Source of the DNA: Chthoniobacterales bacterium
GTDB taxonomy: Bacteria > Verrucomicrobiota > Verrucomicrobiia > Chthoniobacterales > UBA10450
Direction: 5' to 3'
DNA length: 64,000 nt
Assembly (NCBI GenBank): GCA_003244145.1
Contig: QHBM01000075.1
Coordinates: 1,308 to 65,307 of the forward strand
Both the position numbers and the translations under genes were made by a program. The notes under the pieces are model-generated. The model saw only the letters and a program-made list of their open reading frames with translations. It was not told the origin of the DNA and searched no databases. Positions 33,773-43,589 of this stretch are shown here, one piece after another; positions within the stretch are counted from its first letter, which is position 1; every line of letters begins with the position of its first letter.

Positions 33773-34698
33773 ATACTGCATTCAATATATCACTCGAATC
33801 TTCCGGGGTCACCGACCCGGGCTACAAAACCGCGGCGACCCGGCCCTTCTACTGGTCGGTGCGACGTGAGTTGTGGGAGAACCGTTCGATCTACATCGCG
33901 CCGCTGATCGTCGCGGCGGTTGCACTGATCGGCTTCGGATTTAGCACGATCGGTCTGGCGGAACGCAGGCGCGGAGTGTTGTTGCTCGACGAGGCGCACC
34001 AGCGGGCTGGAATCGAGATGCCGTACGACATGGCGGCGATGATAATCCTGTTCACTGCCTTCATCGTTGGCGTGTTCTACTGTCTTGATGCGCTTTACGG
34101 AGAACGGCGCGATCGCAGCATTCTCTTTTGGAAGTCGCTGCCGGTTTCAGATCTCACGACAGTCCTATCGAAGCTAACCATTCCGCTGGTGATTCTGCCG
34201 CTGCTCGTTATCGCAATCGTCATTTGTACGCAGTTGATCATGGTGCTCATGACTGGCGTGGTCCTTATCACCCACGGCATGAGTCCCGTAACGACGTGGG
34301 CGCATATCAACTTCTTTCAGCAATCGCTGATCCTGCTCTACAGCCTCGTTGTCCTTTCGCTCTGGCATGCGCCCATCTACGGCTGGCTGCTGCTGGTTTC
34401 GGGCTGGGTCCGGCGCGCGACGTTTCTTTGGGCCGTCTTACCGTTTTTCGCGATCGGCATTTTCGAGAGGATCACCTTCGGCACTTCGTATTTTGGTTTG
34501 TTTTTGAGACACCGCTTGATGGGATTCGCACCACACGCCTTCGATTTCCACGGCCGCGCTCATCCCACAGTCGAATCGCTCTCCCAACTGACTCCGGGAA
34601 TCTATCTGAGCACGCCAGGCTTCTGGCTCGGACTAGCAGTCGCAGTTGCATTCCTCGCTGCAGCAGTCCGGCTGCGCCGCTACCGAGGACCCATCTGA
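33769..34698 (+). CDS. ABC-2-type transporter permease
   Basis: ATGA overlap with the ATPase stop. About 6 TM helices, 309 aa. Confidence 0.6.
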   Translation: MNTAFNISLESSGVTDPGYKTAATRPFYWSVRRELWENRSIYIAPLIVAAVALIGFGFSTIGLAERRRGVLLLDEAHQRAGIEMPYDMAAMIILFTAFIVGVFYCLDALYGERRDRSILFWKSLPVSDLTTVLSKLTIPLVILPLLVIAIVICTQLIMVLMTGVVLITHGMSPVTTWAHINFFQQSLILLYSLVVLSLWHAPIYGWLLLVSGWVRRATFLWAVLPFFAIGIFERITFGTSYFGLFLRHRLMGFAPHAFDFHGRAHPTVESLSQLTPGIYLSTPGFWLGLAVAVAFLAAAVRLRRYRGPI

Positions 34699-34733
34699 TA
34701 GCCCAACAATTCCCGACACAACCCACAAACATC

Positions 34734-35474
34734 ATGAACAAGAAACTAGTCAGTCATGCTATCACGACGGCAAGAACAATCGTCCTCGCCGTGGGTCTCA
34801 TCTGCGTTTCAATCGCCCTGGCCGACAACAAGTCGGACGCGCTTAAGCAACGCATCCTGGCTCAGTCGCAAAGCATCGGACCGGACGACTACGCCTTTAC
34901 CCGGACAGTGCAAAGCGAGCAGACATCGAATGGCAAGACCGAGCAGCACGTCAATGTCGAGAAGTTCGATCCGACAAAATCGGGCGACGCGCGCTGGACC
35001 CTCGTTTCGGTCGACGGCGCCCCACCTTCGGCGGACGCGCTAAGTCGTTATAAAAACGACTCGGCGAAACGGCGCGTGCCGGGCTATTACCGGCTGGCAA
35101 AGTACTTCGGCACGCCTGCTGCCGCGTCCACGGATTCTCGCGGCCGCACTGTTTTCCATTTTGATTCCCTGCCCAAGGACACGGCGATCGTGTTCGACTC
35201 GGACGTGTCGGCCAACACTGCCGCCGAGGTGTCGGTAACTGAGGCTAACGGAACGCCATTCGCGGAACACGTGCATCTGACCGTCCGTCCGATGCGGTTG
35301 AAGCTAATCATGAAGCTGGAACACTACGAATCTACTGCGCGCTATCGCCTGGGACCTGAAGGCAAGCCGCTGCTCGTTGAGCACACTGCCGACATGACCG
35401 GTTCAGGACTGGGCCAGGAAGGCCGGGTCCATATGGTCGTCACCTACAGCGACTACCGCGCTGTTAGAAACTAG
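34734..35474 (+). CDS. secreted hypothetical protein
   Basis: ATG 34734. Signal anchor MNKKLVSHAITTARTIVLAVGLICVSIALA. The longer ORF start overlaps the permease gene. Confidence 0.5.
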   Translation: MNKKLVSHAITTARTIVLAVGLICVSIALADNKSDALKQRILAQSQSIGPDDYAFTRTVQSEQTSNGKTEQHVNVEKFDPTKSGDARWTLVSVDGAPPSADALSRYKNDSAKRRVPGYYRLAKYFGTPAAASTDSRGRTVFHFDSLPKDTAIVFDSDVSANTAAEVSVTEANGTPFAEHVHLTVRPMRLKLIMKLEHYESTARYRLGPEGKPLLVEHTADMTGSGLGQEGRVHMVVTYSDYRAVRN

Positions 35475-35507
35475 CGGCTAACACCCAGTCAATACTCTCT
35501 ACCCGCC

Positions 35508-37931
35508 ATGTCATTCTCGAGTCTTCGCTTCGCCTTTCGTTCGCTCCTTCGCAGCCCTGGGTTTACCTTGCTCGCGATCATCACTCTTGGCCTCGGTATC
35601 GGCGCTAACACTGCCATGTTTAGCATCGTCAATTCCGTTCTGCTCAAGCCGCTGCCCTATCCTAAGAGCGAGCAATTACAGCGGCTCGATCGCGTCACCC
35701 CGCAAAACCCCCAGGGTCGCGTCTCGGCCGCGGACTATCTCGACCTTCGTCGTGAGGTGCAGGCTTATGGTGACATCGGAGCCTATGCCCTGGGCGACAC
35801 GAGCTTGTCGGAACCTGGCCAGCCCGCCGAGGTAGTCCGGGCGCTTCGGATAACGGCAAACCTCTTTTCCGTGCTCGGCGTCCAGCCGCAGCTCGGACGC
35901 AACTTTCTACCACGAGAAGACGTGCCGGGAAACGACCTCGTCGTTATCATTAGTCAGCGTTGCTGGCAGCAACGCTTCGGCGCTGCTCGTGACATTATCG
36001 GCCGCACTGTCCGGGTCGACGGTCAACCACACGAAGTCGTCGGGGTGCTACCCGGTTGGTTTAATGAATGGCGGCATTTCGGCGCCTTCGATTTCTTCCG
36101 CCCCCTTGCCTTGGACCAACAGAAGTCATCGGACCGGCGGAGCACGGTTCTTCGGCCGATCGGTCGCCGGCATGATGGATTGTCGGAGGCAGACGCCACC
36201 GGCTTCATTGCTAACTTCGGCGCGCGACTGGCAAAGGATTTTCCTGAAGTGAACGCGGGTACCGTCTGGCACGCCGTGGCTCTCAATGGGACGGCGTTCC
36301 CGAAGAATGTTCTCGCCCTTCTCGCACTGCTCATAGGCCTTTCCGCTTTCGTCCTTCTCATCGCCTGCTCGAATCTGGCAAACCTTCTCCTCGCCCGGAC
36401 AATGGCGCGCGCGCGCGAATTCGCGGTGCGCGGGGCGCTGGGCGCATCGCGCTTTCAACTACTGCGGCCGTTGATCAGCGAATCCCTTCTGCTCGCGCTC
36501 GCCGGCGGCGTCTGCTCGATTATCGTCGCGCGCTGGGCTTCCGACTGGCTCTCGCTGCGGACCCTTTCCGAGAATGGCGAACGCTTCACCTTCGCGTTCG
36601 ATTGGCGCGTCTTCGGTTGGGCCTTTGTAGCCTCGGTGGTAACTGCTATCGCCTTTGGCCTGGCGCCCGCGCTTTTCGCTTTGCGCCTCAACGTCAATGA
36701 CACGCTCAAGAGCGGCGCACGCGGCACGACTGGAGGTCGCGGTCATCAGCGCTTCCGCCACGGCCTGATTGTCGGTCAATTCGCGCTTGCCATGGTGCTA
36801 CTCGCCGGAGCCGCGCTTTATATCCGCGCCTTCAATGAGTTGAGCAGCACTCGCGGCGGATGGGAGTCCGCGCGCCTCGTCACGGGAACCGTTGTCCTTC
36901 CCACCGCCAGCTATGGCGACGCCGAGAAGATCAACACCTTTCATCGCCTCACCCTGGAGCGCCTGCAAGCCATGCCTGGGGTGGCCTCCGTTAGCATCTC
37001 GTCCTTCACACCTTTCTTTAATTGGGGCGACGTCCGCAAATACGTCGTCGAAGGCCGCGACCTACCTCAGCCTGGCCAGGAACCAGCCGCGATCGTTAAC
37101 AGCATTACTTCAACTTACTTCGATACCTACCAGACTCGTGTTCTTGCCGGTCGCCCTTTTAATGAACATGACACCCTGACCTCGGCGAAGGTCTTCATTA
37201 TCAGCCAGACTACGGCGGCGGCGTTGTTCGGAAATGAAAACCCGGTTGGCCGCCGCCTTGCCCAAACCGGGACAGGCAGTCCGCAATGGGGAGAAATCGT
37301 CGGTATCGCGGCCGACGTGAAATCGGTCCTGCCTGATCCAGGACCGGTCACGCTCCAGCTTTACCAGCCAATGTCCCAGGAACCGCGTCCCTACAATGAA
37401 ATCGCCGTCCGCACGACCGGCGGGGCGCCTTCTTCTTTCGTTGTTCCGATCCGCAACATCATGACTCAGCTCGATCCGGACTTGCCTGTTCGCCAGCTTC
37501 AGGCCGCCGATGTGATGATCGAACGCGCCAATACTCAGACTGCCATCCTGCGTGACATGATTACTGCGTTCGCTGTGCTTGGAGTAGGTCTTGCCTCGCT
37601 AGGTATCTATGGCGTTATCGCTCGCACAATGGCTCAGCGTACCAGCGAGTTCGCCATCCGCTTTGCCCTCGGGGCGTGCGCCAGGGACATCACAGGAATC
37701 GTGCTTATCTCAGGCGCGAAACTGGCCGCAATAGGATTAGCTCTGGGACTGCTCGGCGCGATGGGTTTGTCGCGGCTACTTGTCGCCACTAATCCTGGCA
37801 TGCACTTCAATAACCCTCTTGTCATGGCTCTCCCAGCGCTTCTTCTTATCGCCATCGCGCTAATCGCTTCATGGCTTCCAGCCCGCCGTGCGGCTCGCAT
37901 CAACCCAATCGAAGCCCTTCGTGCGGAGTAA
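35508..37931 (+). CDS. ADOP-family duplicated FtsX/MacB-like permease (paralog 2, no prefix domain, no PadR)
   Basis: LRFAFRSLLRSPGFTLLAIITLGLGIGANTAMFS. Long identical stretches with 27190..29889 (for example GEIVG.AADVKSVLPDPGPVT.QLYQPM.QEPRPYNEIAVRT). Confidence 0.8.
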   Translation: MSFSSLRFAFRSLLRSPGFTLLAIITLGLGIGANTAMFSIVNSVLLKPLPYPKSEQLQRLDRVTPQNPQGRVSAADYLDLRREVQAYGDIGAYALGDTSLSEPGQPAEVVRALRITANLFSVLGVQPQLGRNFLPREDVPGNDLVVIISQRCWQQRFGAARDIIGRTVRVDGQPHEVVGVLPGWFNEWRHFGAFDFFRPLALDQQKSSDRRSTVLRPIGRRHDGLSEADATGFIANFGARLAKDFPEVNAGTVWHAVALNGTAFPKNVLALLALLIGLSAFVLLIACSNLANLLLARTMARAREFAVRGALGASRFQLLRPLISESLLLALAGGVCSIIVARWASDWLSLRTLSENGERFTFAFDWRVFGWAFVASVVTAIAFGLAPALFALRLNVNDTLKSGARGTTGGRGHQRFRHGLIVGQFALAMVLLAGAALYIRAFNELSSTRGGWESARLVTGTVVLPTASYGDAEKINTFHRLTLERLQAMPGVASVSISSFTPFFNWGDVRKYVVEGRDLPQPGQEPAAIVNSITSTYFDTYQTRVLAGRPFNEHDTLTSAKVFIISQTTAAALFGNENPVGRRLAQTGTGSPQWGEIVGIAADVKSVLPDPGPVTLQLYQPMSQEPRPYNEIAVRTTGGAPSSFVVPIRNIMTQLDPDLPVRQLQAADVMIERANTQTAILRDMITAFAVLGVGLASLGIYGVIARTMAQRTSEFAIRFALGACARDITGIVLISGAKLAAIGLALGLLGAMGLSRLLVATNPGMHFNNPLVMALPALLLIAIALIASWLPARRAARINPIEALRAE

Positions 37932-37935
37932 GAGT

Positions 37936-38673
37936 ATGACCTCGACGACGTTTCCGGTAACCATTGAGCAACAAAGAGCAGCAAAGGTCGTGGGACTTAC
38001 CACGCTTCTGATGATGGTGATCGTCGTATTCGCCAACTATGTGCTATTAAACCCTCTTATCGTGCCGGGTAAGGCAGCCGAAACCGCCCAAAACATCCTC
38101 GCACACCAAGGAACGTTCCGCCTCACCGTTATCTGCTTCCTGCTCTACAGCGCTGGCGTGGTGGTTCTTCTCTCCTCGCTTTTCGTTGTTCTTAAGCCCG
38201 TAAAACGCGGTCTTGCCTTAGCTGGGGCGCTCTTTCGTCTGGTTTTTGCCATGTTATGGCTTCTTAGCACGTTACATCTGCTGAGCGCACTCCGGTTCCT
38301 TGGCACCGCTAACTACTTGCAAGTCTTCGAAGCGGATCGCTTGCAAGTCCTCGCCAGGCTCTCTATCGCCGCCATCTTCGATGATTACTATGTCGGCCTG
38401 CCTTTCTTCGCTCTGGCCTCGACTGTTTGCAGCTACTTGTGGTTTAAATCGAACTATATCCCTCGAGCGCTTGCTGGTTTCGGTGTCATCGCGTCCGCCT
38501 GGTGTTTGTTGTGTGCTTTTATTTACCTTGTTTTTCCCGGCTTCGCCAAACCGGTCGATCCGTATTGGTTCGATTCTCCGATGGGGATTTTCGAATTGGT
38601 CTTAGCTTTTTGGCTTCTGTTTAAAGGGTTGAGACTTTCCCCGACCGGTAACGCCGCTGTCGTCACGCCGTGA
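37936..38673 (+). CDS. DUF4386-like integral membrane protein (paralog 4)
   Basis: VPGKAAETAQNILAHQGTFRLTVICFLL...VVLKPVKRGLALAGALFRL. 4 nt after the permease stop. Confidence 0.6.
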   Translation: MTSTTFPVTIEQQRAAKVVGLTTLLMMVIVVFANYVLLNPLIVPGKAAETAQNILAHQGTFRLTVICFLLYSAGVVVLLSSLFVVLKPVKRGLALAGALFRLVFAMLWLLSTLHLLSALRFLGTANYLQVFEADRLQVLARLSIAAIFDDYYVGLPFFALASTVCSYLWFKSNYIPRALAGFGVIASAWCLLCAFIYLVFPGFAKPVDPYWFDSPMGIFELVLAFWLLFKGLRLSPTGNAAVVTP

Positions 38674-39776
38674 AGATAAAGCGCGTTCTAAAGTGGAGTT
38701 CGGCAAGTATTCTAACTGCTTTGGCCCTCTGGACCTTCATTGCGTATTGGATGTCGACTAATGAGTGCGATTCCAAAACCGGCGCACCCGTTCACCCTAT
38801 GAAAGCTATTCGTTACTGCGAATACGGTTCGCCTGATGAAGTTCTGAAACTTGAACAAGTCGAAAAGCCGGTTCCGAACGACAACCAGGTTCTCGTCCGG
38901 GTTCGCGCCGTTTCCCTCAGATTTTTCGACGGTGGCATGCTCCGAGGCGGCGTCGGCAGGCTTGTCTTTGGACTTCGTAAGCCAAAAAACACCTGCCCGG
39001 GTTCTGACTACTCCGGAACAGTTGAAGCGATCGGCAAAAACGTGACCGAGTTCAAGCCGGGGGATGAAGTCTTCGGGGTAAAGGCAGGCGCTCTCGCCCA
39101 ATACATCTGTGTCAACCCCAGCCGAGCGGTGGTTTCGAAGCCGGGCAACGTGAACTTCGAGCAAGCCGCGACGATCCCTACCGCACTCGTTGCTTTACAA
39201 GGCCTGCGCGACACGGGGCGGGTGAAAGCGGGACAAAAGATCCTGATCAATGGTGCGTCCGGAGGCGTCGGGACATTTGCCGTGCAAATCGCCAAGGCTT
39301 TTGGCGCGGAAGTAACCGGCGTCTGCAGCACAAGAAACCTGGACATGGTCCGATCGATGGGTGCCGATCATGTGATTGACTACACGAAAGAAGACTTCAC
39401 AAAAGGCGATGAGCGTTATGACGTGATCTACGATCTCGTCAGTAATCGTTCTTTTGCGGAACGCCGCCGCATCCTCAAACCTGGGGGTATCTGCGTGTTA
39501 GCCGGGATAGGCGGCTCAGGAATGCACGAAGAAACTTTGTCCCGGGTGATTGGCCAATTCACCACGTACCTCCGCTCGCGATTTGTGAAGGAGAAGTTTG
39601 TCGGCTTTGGCGTCGACATTAACAAAAAAGATCTCGGCATTCTGCGCGACTTAACGGAGAGCGGAAAAATGGTGCCCGCTCTCACCAAGACCTATCCTCT
39701 TACTGAAACTGCCGCTGCCTACAAATATCTCGAAACCGGCCACGTCCAGGGGAAGATCGCTATTACGATCGACTAG
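38670..39776 (+). CDS. MDR-superfamily NAD(P)-dependent oxidoreductase with an N-terminal TM anchor (paralog 1)
   Basis: GTGA overlap with the upstream stop. MKIKRVLKWSSASILTALALWTFIAYWMSTNECD anchor, GASGGVGTFAVQIAK dinucleotide-binding motif, GKIAITID end. Confidence 0.8.
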   Translation: MKIKRVLKWSSASILTALALWTFIAYWMSTNECDSKTGAPVHPMKAIRYCEYGSPDEVLKLEQVEKPVPNDNQVLVRVRAVSLRFFDGGMLRGGVGRLVFGLRKPKNTCPGSDYSGTVEAIGKNVTEFKPGDEVFGVKAGALAQYICVNPSRAVVSKPGNVNFEQAATIPTALVALQGLRDTGRVKAGQKILINGASGGVGTFAVQIAKAFGAEVTGVCSTRNLDMVRSMGADHVIDYTKEDFTKGDERYDVIYDLVSNRSFAERRRILKPGGICVLAGIGGSGMHEETLSRVIGQFTTYLRSRFVKEKFVGFGVDINKKDLGILRDLTESGKMVPALTKTYPLTETAAAYKYLETGHVQGKIAITID

Positions 39777-39798
39777 CACCTACCACGAACCTCTGTTC

Positions 39799-40905
39799 AT
39801 GAAAATAAGACGCGTCTTAAAGTGGGGGTTCCTCACGGTCATCGCCGTGCTCGGAATCTGGACTTTCGTCACCTACTGGACCTCGACCAACGATTGCGAC
39901 GTTAAGAGTTCACCAGTTCATCCTATGAAAGCCATTCGTTACTGTGAGTACGGTTCGCCCGATGATGTGTTGAAAGTCGATGAGATCGAGAAGCCGATCC
40001 CGAATGCCAATCAACTCCTGGTAAAAGTTCGAGCCGCTTCTGTGAACCCCCTGGATCTTTCCACTCGCGGTCAATGGCTCGTCCGTTTAATCAAAGGGCT
40101 TCGTAAGCCAAGAGAGACGCGGCTCGGCATTGACTACGCGGGAACCGTGGAAGCTGTGGGTAAGGATGTTACCCAGTTTAAGCCCGGCGACGATGTATTC
40201 GGCGGCAAAGCTGGGGCGTTCGCCGAATACATCTGCGTTCCCCCCGATCGCGCCGTGGCGTTGAAGCCGTCCAACGTGACATTTGAACAGGCCGCCGCGG
40301 TCCCGATAGCAGCGATCACTGCCCTGCAGGGTCTTCGCGACAAAGGGAAGGTTCAGCCAGGCCAAAAGGTCCTGATCAACGGCGCGTCCGGGGGCGTTGG
40401 CACTTTCGCCGTTCAGATCGCAAAGTCGTTCGGTGCGGAAGTGACCGCCGTCTGTAGCACACGCAACGTCGAACTCGTCCGGTCCATCGGCGCGGATCAT
40501 GTCATTGATTATACGAAGAAAGACTTTACCAGGACCGAGCAGCATTACGATTTGATCTACGATATCGTGAATAACCATTCCTTCTCCGAGCGCAGGCAGA
40601 TTCTTACTCCCAATGGTATCTGCGTCATGGCGGGACTCGGAGGATCAGGATTGCACGAAGGCGTATGGGGGCGCGTGGGTGGTGAGTTGAACTCGATTGT
40701 GCGCTCACTTTTCGTTCACCAGAAGTTCGTTATCTATCTGGCAAGATTGAATAACCAGGATCTGAAGGTTCTGGCCGATTTGATGCAGTCCGGCAAAATC
40801 AACCCCGTGATCGACCGGACCTACAAACTGAGCGAGACCCCAGCCGCTTTGAAATATCTTGAGCAGGGCCACGCCAACGGAAAAGTCGTGATTACGGTGG
40901 ACTGA
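39799..40905 (+). CDS. MDR-superfamily NAD(P)-dependent oxidoreductase with an N-terminal TM anchor (paralog 2)
   Basis: MKIRRVLKWGFLTVIAVLGIWTFVTYWTSTNDCD, GASGGVGTFAVQIAK. Confidence 0.8.
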   Translation: MKIRRVLKWGFLTVIAVLGIWTFVTYWTSTNDCDVKSSPVHPMKAIRYCEYGSPDDVLKVDEIEKPIPNANQLLVKVRAASVNPLDLSTRGQWLVRLIKGLRKPRETRLGIDYAGTVEAVGKDVTQFKPGDDVFGGKAGAFAEYICVPPDRAVALKPSNVTFEQAAAVPIAAITALQGLRDKGKVQPGQKVLINGASGGVGTFAVQIAKSFGAEVTAVCSTRNVELVRSIGADHVIDYTKKDFTRTEQHYDLIYDIVNNHSFSERRQILTPNGICVMAGLGGSGLHEGVWGRVGGELNSIVRSLFVHQKFVIYLARLNNQDLKVLADLMQSGKINPVIDRTYKLSETPAALKYLEQGHANGKVVITVD

Positions 40906-40960
40906 ACGCGATATGTTAGGGTCGGCAGACCGCCGCGCCCACCCTCCAAAGGAAAAATCT

Positions 40961-42070
40961 ATGAAAATAAAACGCACATTAAAATGGAGCTTCCTCACGA
41001 TCCTGATCGTATTATTCATCTGGTTCCAGTTCGCCTACTGGACCTCCAGCAACGACTGTGACCGTCTCAGTGCCGTCCAAGGCGAAAGCATGAAAGCGAT
41101 TGTCTACTGCGACTACGGGCTCGCCAATCTCCGCTACGCGGACATTCAAAAGCCGGTTCCGACTGACGACCAGATGCTGGTAAAGGTTCGCGCCGTTTCG
41201 ATCAATCCCTACGACTGGCATTTTATCGAGGGCACACCTTACATCATGCGTGCGTTGGGGGTTGGTCTCCGCAAACCGAAGGATACCCGGCTGGGCGTCG
41301 ATTACGCCGGCACCGTGGAGGCCGTCGGTAAAAACGTAACCCAGTTCAAGCCGGGCGACGACGTGTTCGGTGGAAAAACCGGAGCCTTTGCCGAATACAT
41401 TTGCGTGCGAGCGGATCGCGCAACCGCATTGAAACCCGCGAATATCACCTTCGAGCAGGCGGCTTCTGTGAACATTGCTGGAATCACGGCTCTACAGGCT
41501 CTCCGTGGCCACGGACACATCCAGGCGGGACAAAAGGTTCTGATCAACGGCGCGTCGGGAGGCGTGGGCACTTTCGCAGTGCAGCTGGCCAGGTCGTTTG
41601 GAGCAGACGTTACCGGAGTCTGCAGCACAAAAAACGTCGAGATGGTGAAGTCACTCGGCGCCGATCATGTGATCGATTACACCAAAGACGATTACACCAA
41701 AGGCACAGAACGTTACGATGTGATCCTGGATAATGTCATCAATCATACCCTGGCGGAAAATCGCGCGGTGCTCACTCCGCAGGGAAAATACGTGATGATT
41801 GGTGGCGGCGGGCCGAATGATAATCGCTGGGTCGGACCCTTCGGGCGCGTCATTCACACTCTTCTCCTGAAGCCGTTTGTGAAGCAACAGATGGGTATGA
41901 TGATGGCGGACTCGAACGCCAATGATCTTGCCTTTCTCGCCAACCTCATGGAGACCGGAAAGATGAAACCCGTCATCGACCGGACCTACAAATTGAATGA
42001 CCTAGCCGCTGCTATTCGCTATCTCGAAGTAGGCCACGCCCGCGGAAAAGTAGTAATAACGTTGGATTAA
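40961..42070 (+). CDS. MDR-superfamily NAD(P)-dependent oxidoreductase with an N-terminal TM anchor (paralog 3)
   Basis: ATG 40961 matches the paralog N-termini (MKIKRTLKWSFLTILIVLFIWFQFAYWTSSNDCD). GASGGVGTFAVQLAR. Confidence 0.8.
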   Translation: MKIKRTLKWSFLTILIVLFIWFQFAYWTSSNDCDRLSAVQGESMKAIVYCDYGLANLRYADIQKPVPTDDQMLVKVRAVSINPYDWHFIEGTPYIMRALGVGLRKPKDTRLGVDYAGTVEAVGKNVTQFKPGDDVFGGKTGAFAEYICVRADRATALKPANITFEQAASVNIAGITALQALRGHGHIQAGQKVLINGASGGVGTFAVQLARSFGADVTGVCSTKNVEMVKSLGADHVIDYTKDDYTKGTERYDVILDNVINHTLAENRAVLTPQGKYVMIGGGGPNDNRWVGPFGRVIHTLLLKPFVKQQMGMMMADSNANDLAFLANLMETGKMKPVIDRTYKLNDLAAAIRYLEVGHARGKVVITLD

Positions 42071-42133
42071 AAACAGAAGCCTTCTGATCCAACCAGGACC
42101 AGAAAGCAACGGTTTGAATCCCGAGCGCGGTTC

Positions 42134-42775
42134 TTAGTAGCCGCCTTGAGCGTGAGCCGGGGCAAGGCCATGGCGGTTGAGCAAGCTGCCTTCGAATGAA
42201 CGATCCTGGATCTTCCGAAAGTCGGCCATGCTGATGTTTTTTATGTTTTGCGCGGAGGCCATACCTTCTTCTTCCCAGTGCCCTCCGAGATTACTCCCGA
42301 GCTCACTCCCTATCCAGACATAACGTTTGCCGTTGATTACTCTGACGGTGATGCTTGCGCTCGAGACGATGGTCTGTCCGCTCACGACCTGGCCGGTGAT
42401 CTTCAATCCGGTTCCGACGTCCACTCTCATGGCAATGCCGCCCGCGGCGAACTTCTCACCGGCCACGGCATCAGCGATCACTTTCTTCCTGCCGGCAGAG
42501 ACGACGACCAAATACTGATTGCCGTTCATGGCCACACTCTTCGCGGTGAACTGGACGACATACTTGCCGGGCGGTAGGTTCTCGGTCACAAAGGTCCTGT
42601 CCACATTCGTCGCGCCCTTAAACGCGACTCTGCCGCCGGAATCGAAAACCGTCACGTTCATGGGAGCGCCGGCATAAGCCGCGGAGGCGACGACAAGAAA
42701 AACGGAAAGCAGCATGTTGCGGATCATGTGCGTCCCGGGCGGATGGACAACTGCGCCGAGAAGGAGTGTTTTCAT
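42134..42775 (-). CDS. secreted hypothetical protein (tandem paralog A)
   Basis: Signal peptide, beta-rich core, conserved C-terminal GSNLGGHWEEE...IQDRSFEGSLLNRH. Confidence 0.6.
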   Translation of the reverse strand: MKTLLLGAVVHPPGTHMIRNMLLSVFLVVASAAYAGAPMNVTVFDSGGRVAFKGATNVDRTFVTENLPPGKYVVQFTAKSVAMNGNQYLVVVSAGRKKVIADAVAGEKFAAGGIAMRVDVGTGLKITGQVVSGQTIVSSASITVRVINGKRYVWIGSELGSNLGGHWEEEGMASAQNIKNISMADFRKIQDRSFEGSLLNRHGLAPAHAQGGY

Positions 42776-42806
42776 GTATTGATTATGAAGCTATGACATT
42801 AACAAA

Positions 42807-42866
42807 TCGAGTCTATTGCCGCTTTTAGAACGAGCCACTTGCCGCCTTTAGGCCAGTCCACTTTCA
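42807..42866 (-). promoter_or_regulatory. conserved 60-nt leader upstream of paralog A
   Basis: 56 of 60 nt identical to 43590..43649, at the same distance (about 30-90 nt) from the start codon. Confidence 0.55.
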
Positions 42867-42926
42867 CCATGCCGGAGTCGCCGGAGCGGCGACAAGTCGC
42901 AGCCTCGAACCCAGCGCGGCCGCCTC

Positions 42927-43559
42927 CTAAAAAGGACGACCGCCCATGATGTCATGCTCATGCGGATGGCGATTGAGCAGACTGCCTTCGAAGGAGCGGT
43001 CCTGGATTTGCCGCAGGTTGTTCTTGCTAAGGGCTAATATCTCGCGTGCTGCAGCCACGCTTTCTTCTTCCCAATGGCCTCCGAGATTGCTCCCGACCTC
43101 AGCTTCTATCCAGGCGTAGCGCGTCCCATTGATTACCTTGACCTTCCTGCTTACATCGGACGCCACAACCTGATCGGTCACGATCTGCCCCGTGATCTTC
43201 ATTTCGGAACCCACCGCCACCTTCATGGCTACGCCCTCGCCGGCTAATTTCTCTCCCGCAACGGCGTCCGCGATCACTTTCTTTTGACCGGCGGAAACGA
43301 CGAGCAAATACCGATTACCCTTCAAGGCCGCATTTCTGGAATTGAACTGAACCACGTAGTTGCCGGCCGCGAGCTTTCCGGTGGTGAAGGTTGCCTCCGC
43401 ATTCGTGGCGCCTTTGAACGCGACCCTGCCGCTGCCATCGGAGACGATCACATTCATCACCGGAACGCCGGCATAAGCGGCGGCGGCGACGACGAGAAGG
43501 AGAAAAAGGAACGCATTGCGAATCAGGTAGGTCATGGGTTTTTGAAGAAGGTTTTTCAT
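42927..43559 (-). CDS. secreted hypothetical protein (tandem paralog B)
   Basis: Roughly 55-60% identical to paralog A by eye. The start at 43559 (MKNLL) was chosen to match the MKTLL start of A. Confidence 0.6.
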   Translation of the reverse strand: MKNLLQKPMTYLIRNAFLFLLLVVAAAAYAGVPVMNVIVSDGSGRVAFKGATNAEATFTTGKLAAGNYVVQFNSRNAALKGNRYLLVVSAGQKKVIADAVAGEKLAGEGVAMKVAVGSEMKITGQIVTDQVVASDVSRKVKVINGTRYAWIEAEVGSNLGGHWEEESVAAAREILALSKNNLRQIQDRSFEGSLLNRHPHEHDIMGGRPF

Positions 43560-43589
43560 GCGGTGATGGTCGCGCAAGCAACCTGCAAG

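Noticed and set aside
34128-34733. Upstream 202 codons of ORF 34128..35474
   Set aside because: They overlap the ABC-2 permease in another frame and are Arg/Ala/Pro-rich. A signal-anchor start at 34734 gives a sensible secreted protein.
42776-42870. Sigma-54 promoter (TGGCAC-N5-TTGC) in the conserved leader of the tandem paralogs
   Set aside because: Candidate GG/GC elements (tggcctaaaggcggca, tggctcgttctaaaagc) do not have the required 10-nt spacing.
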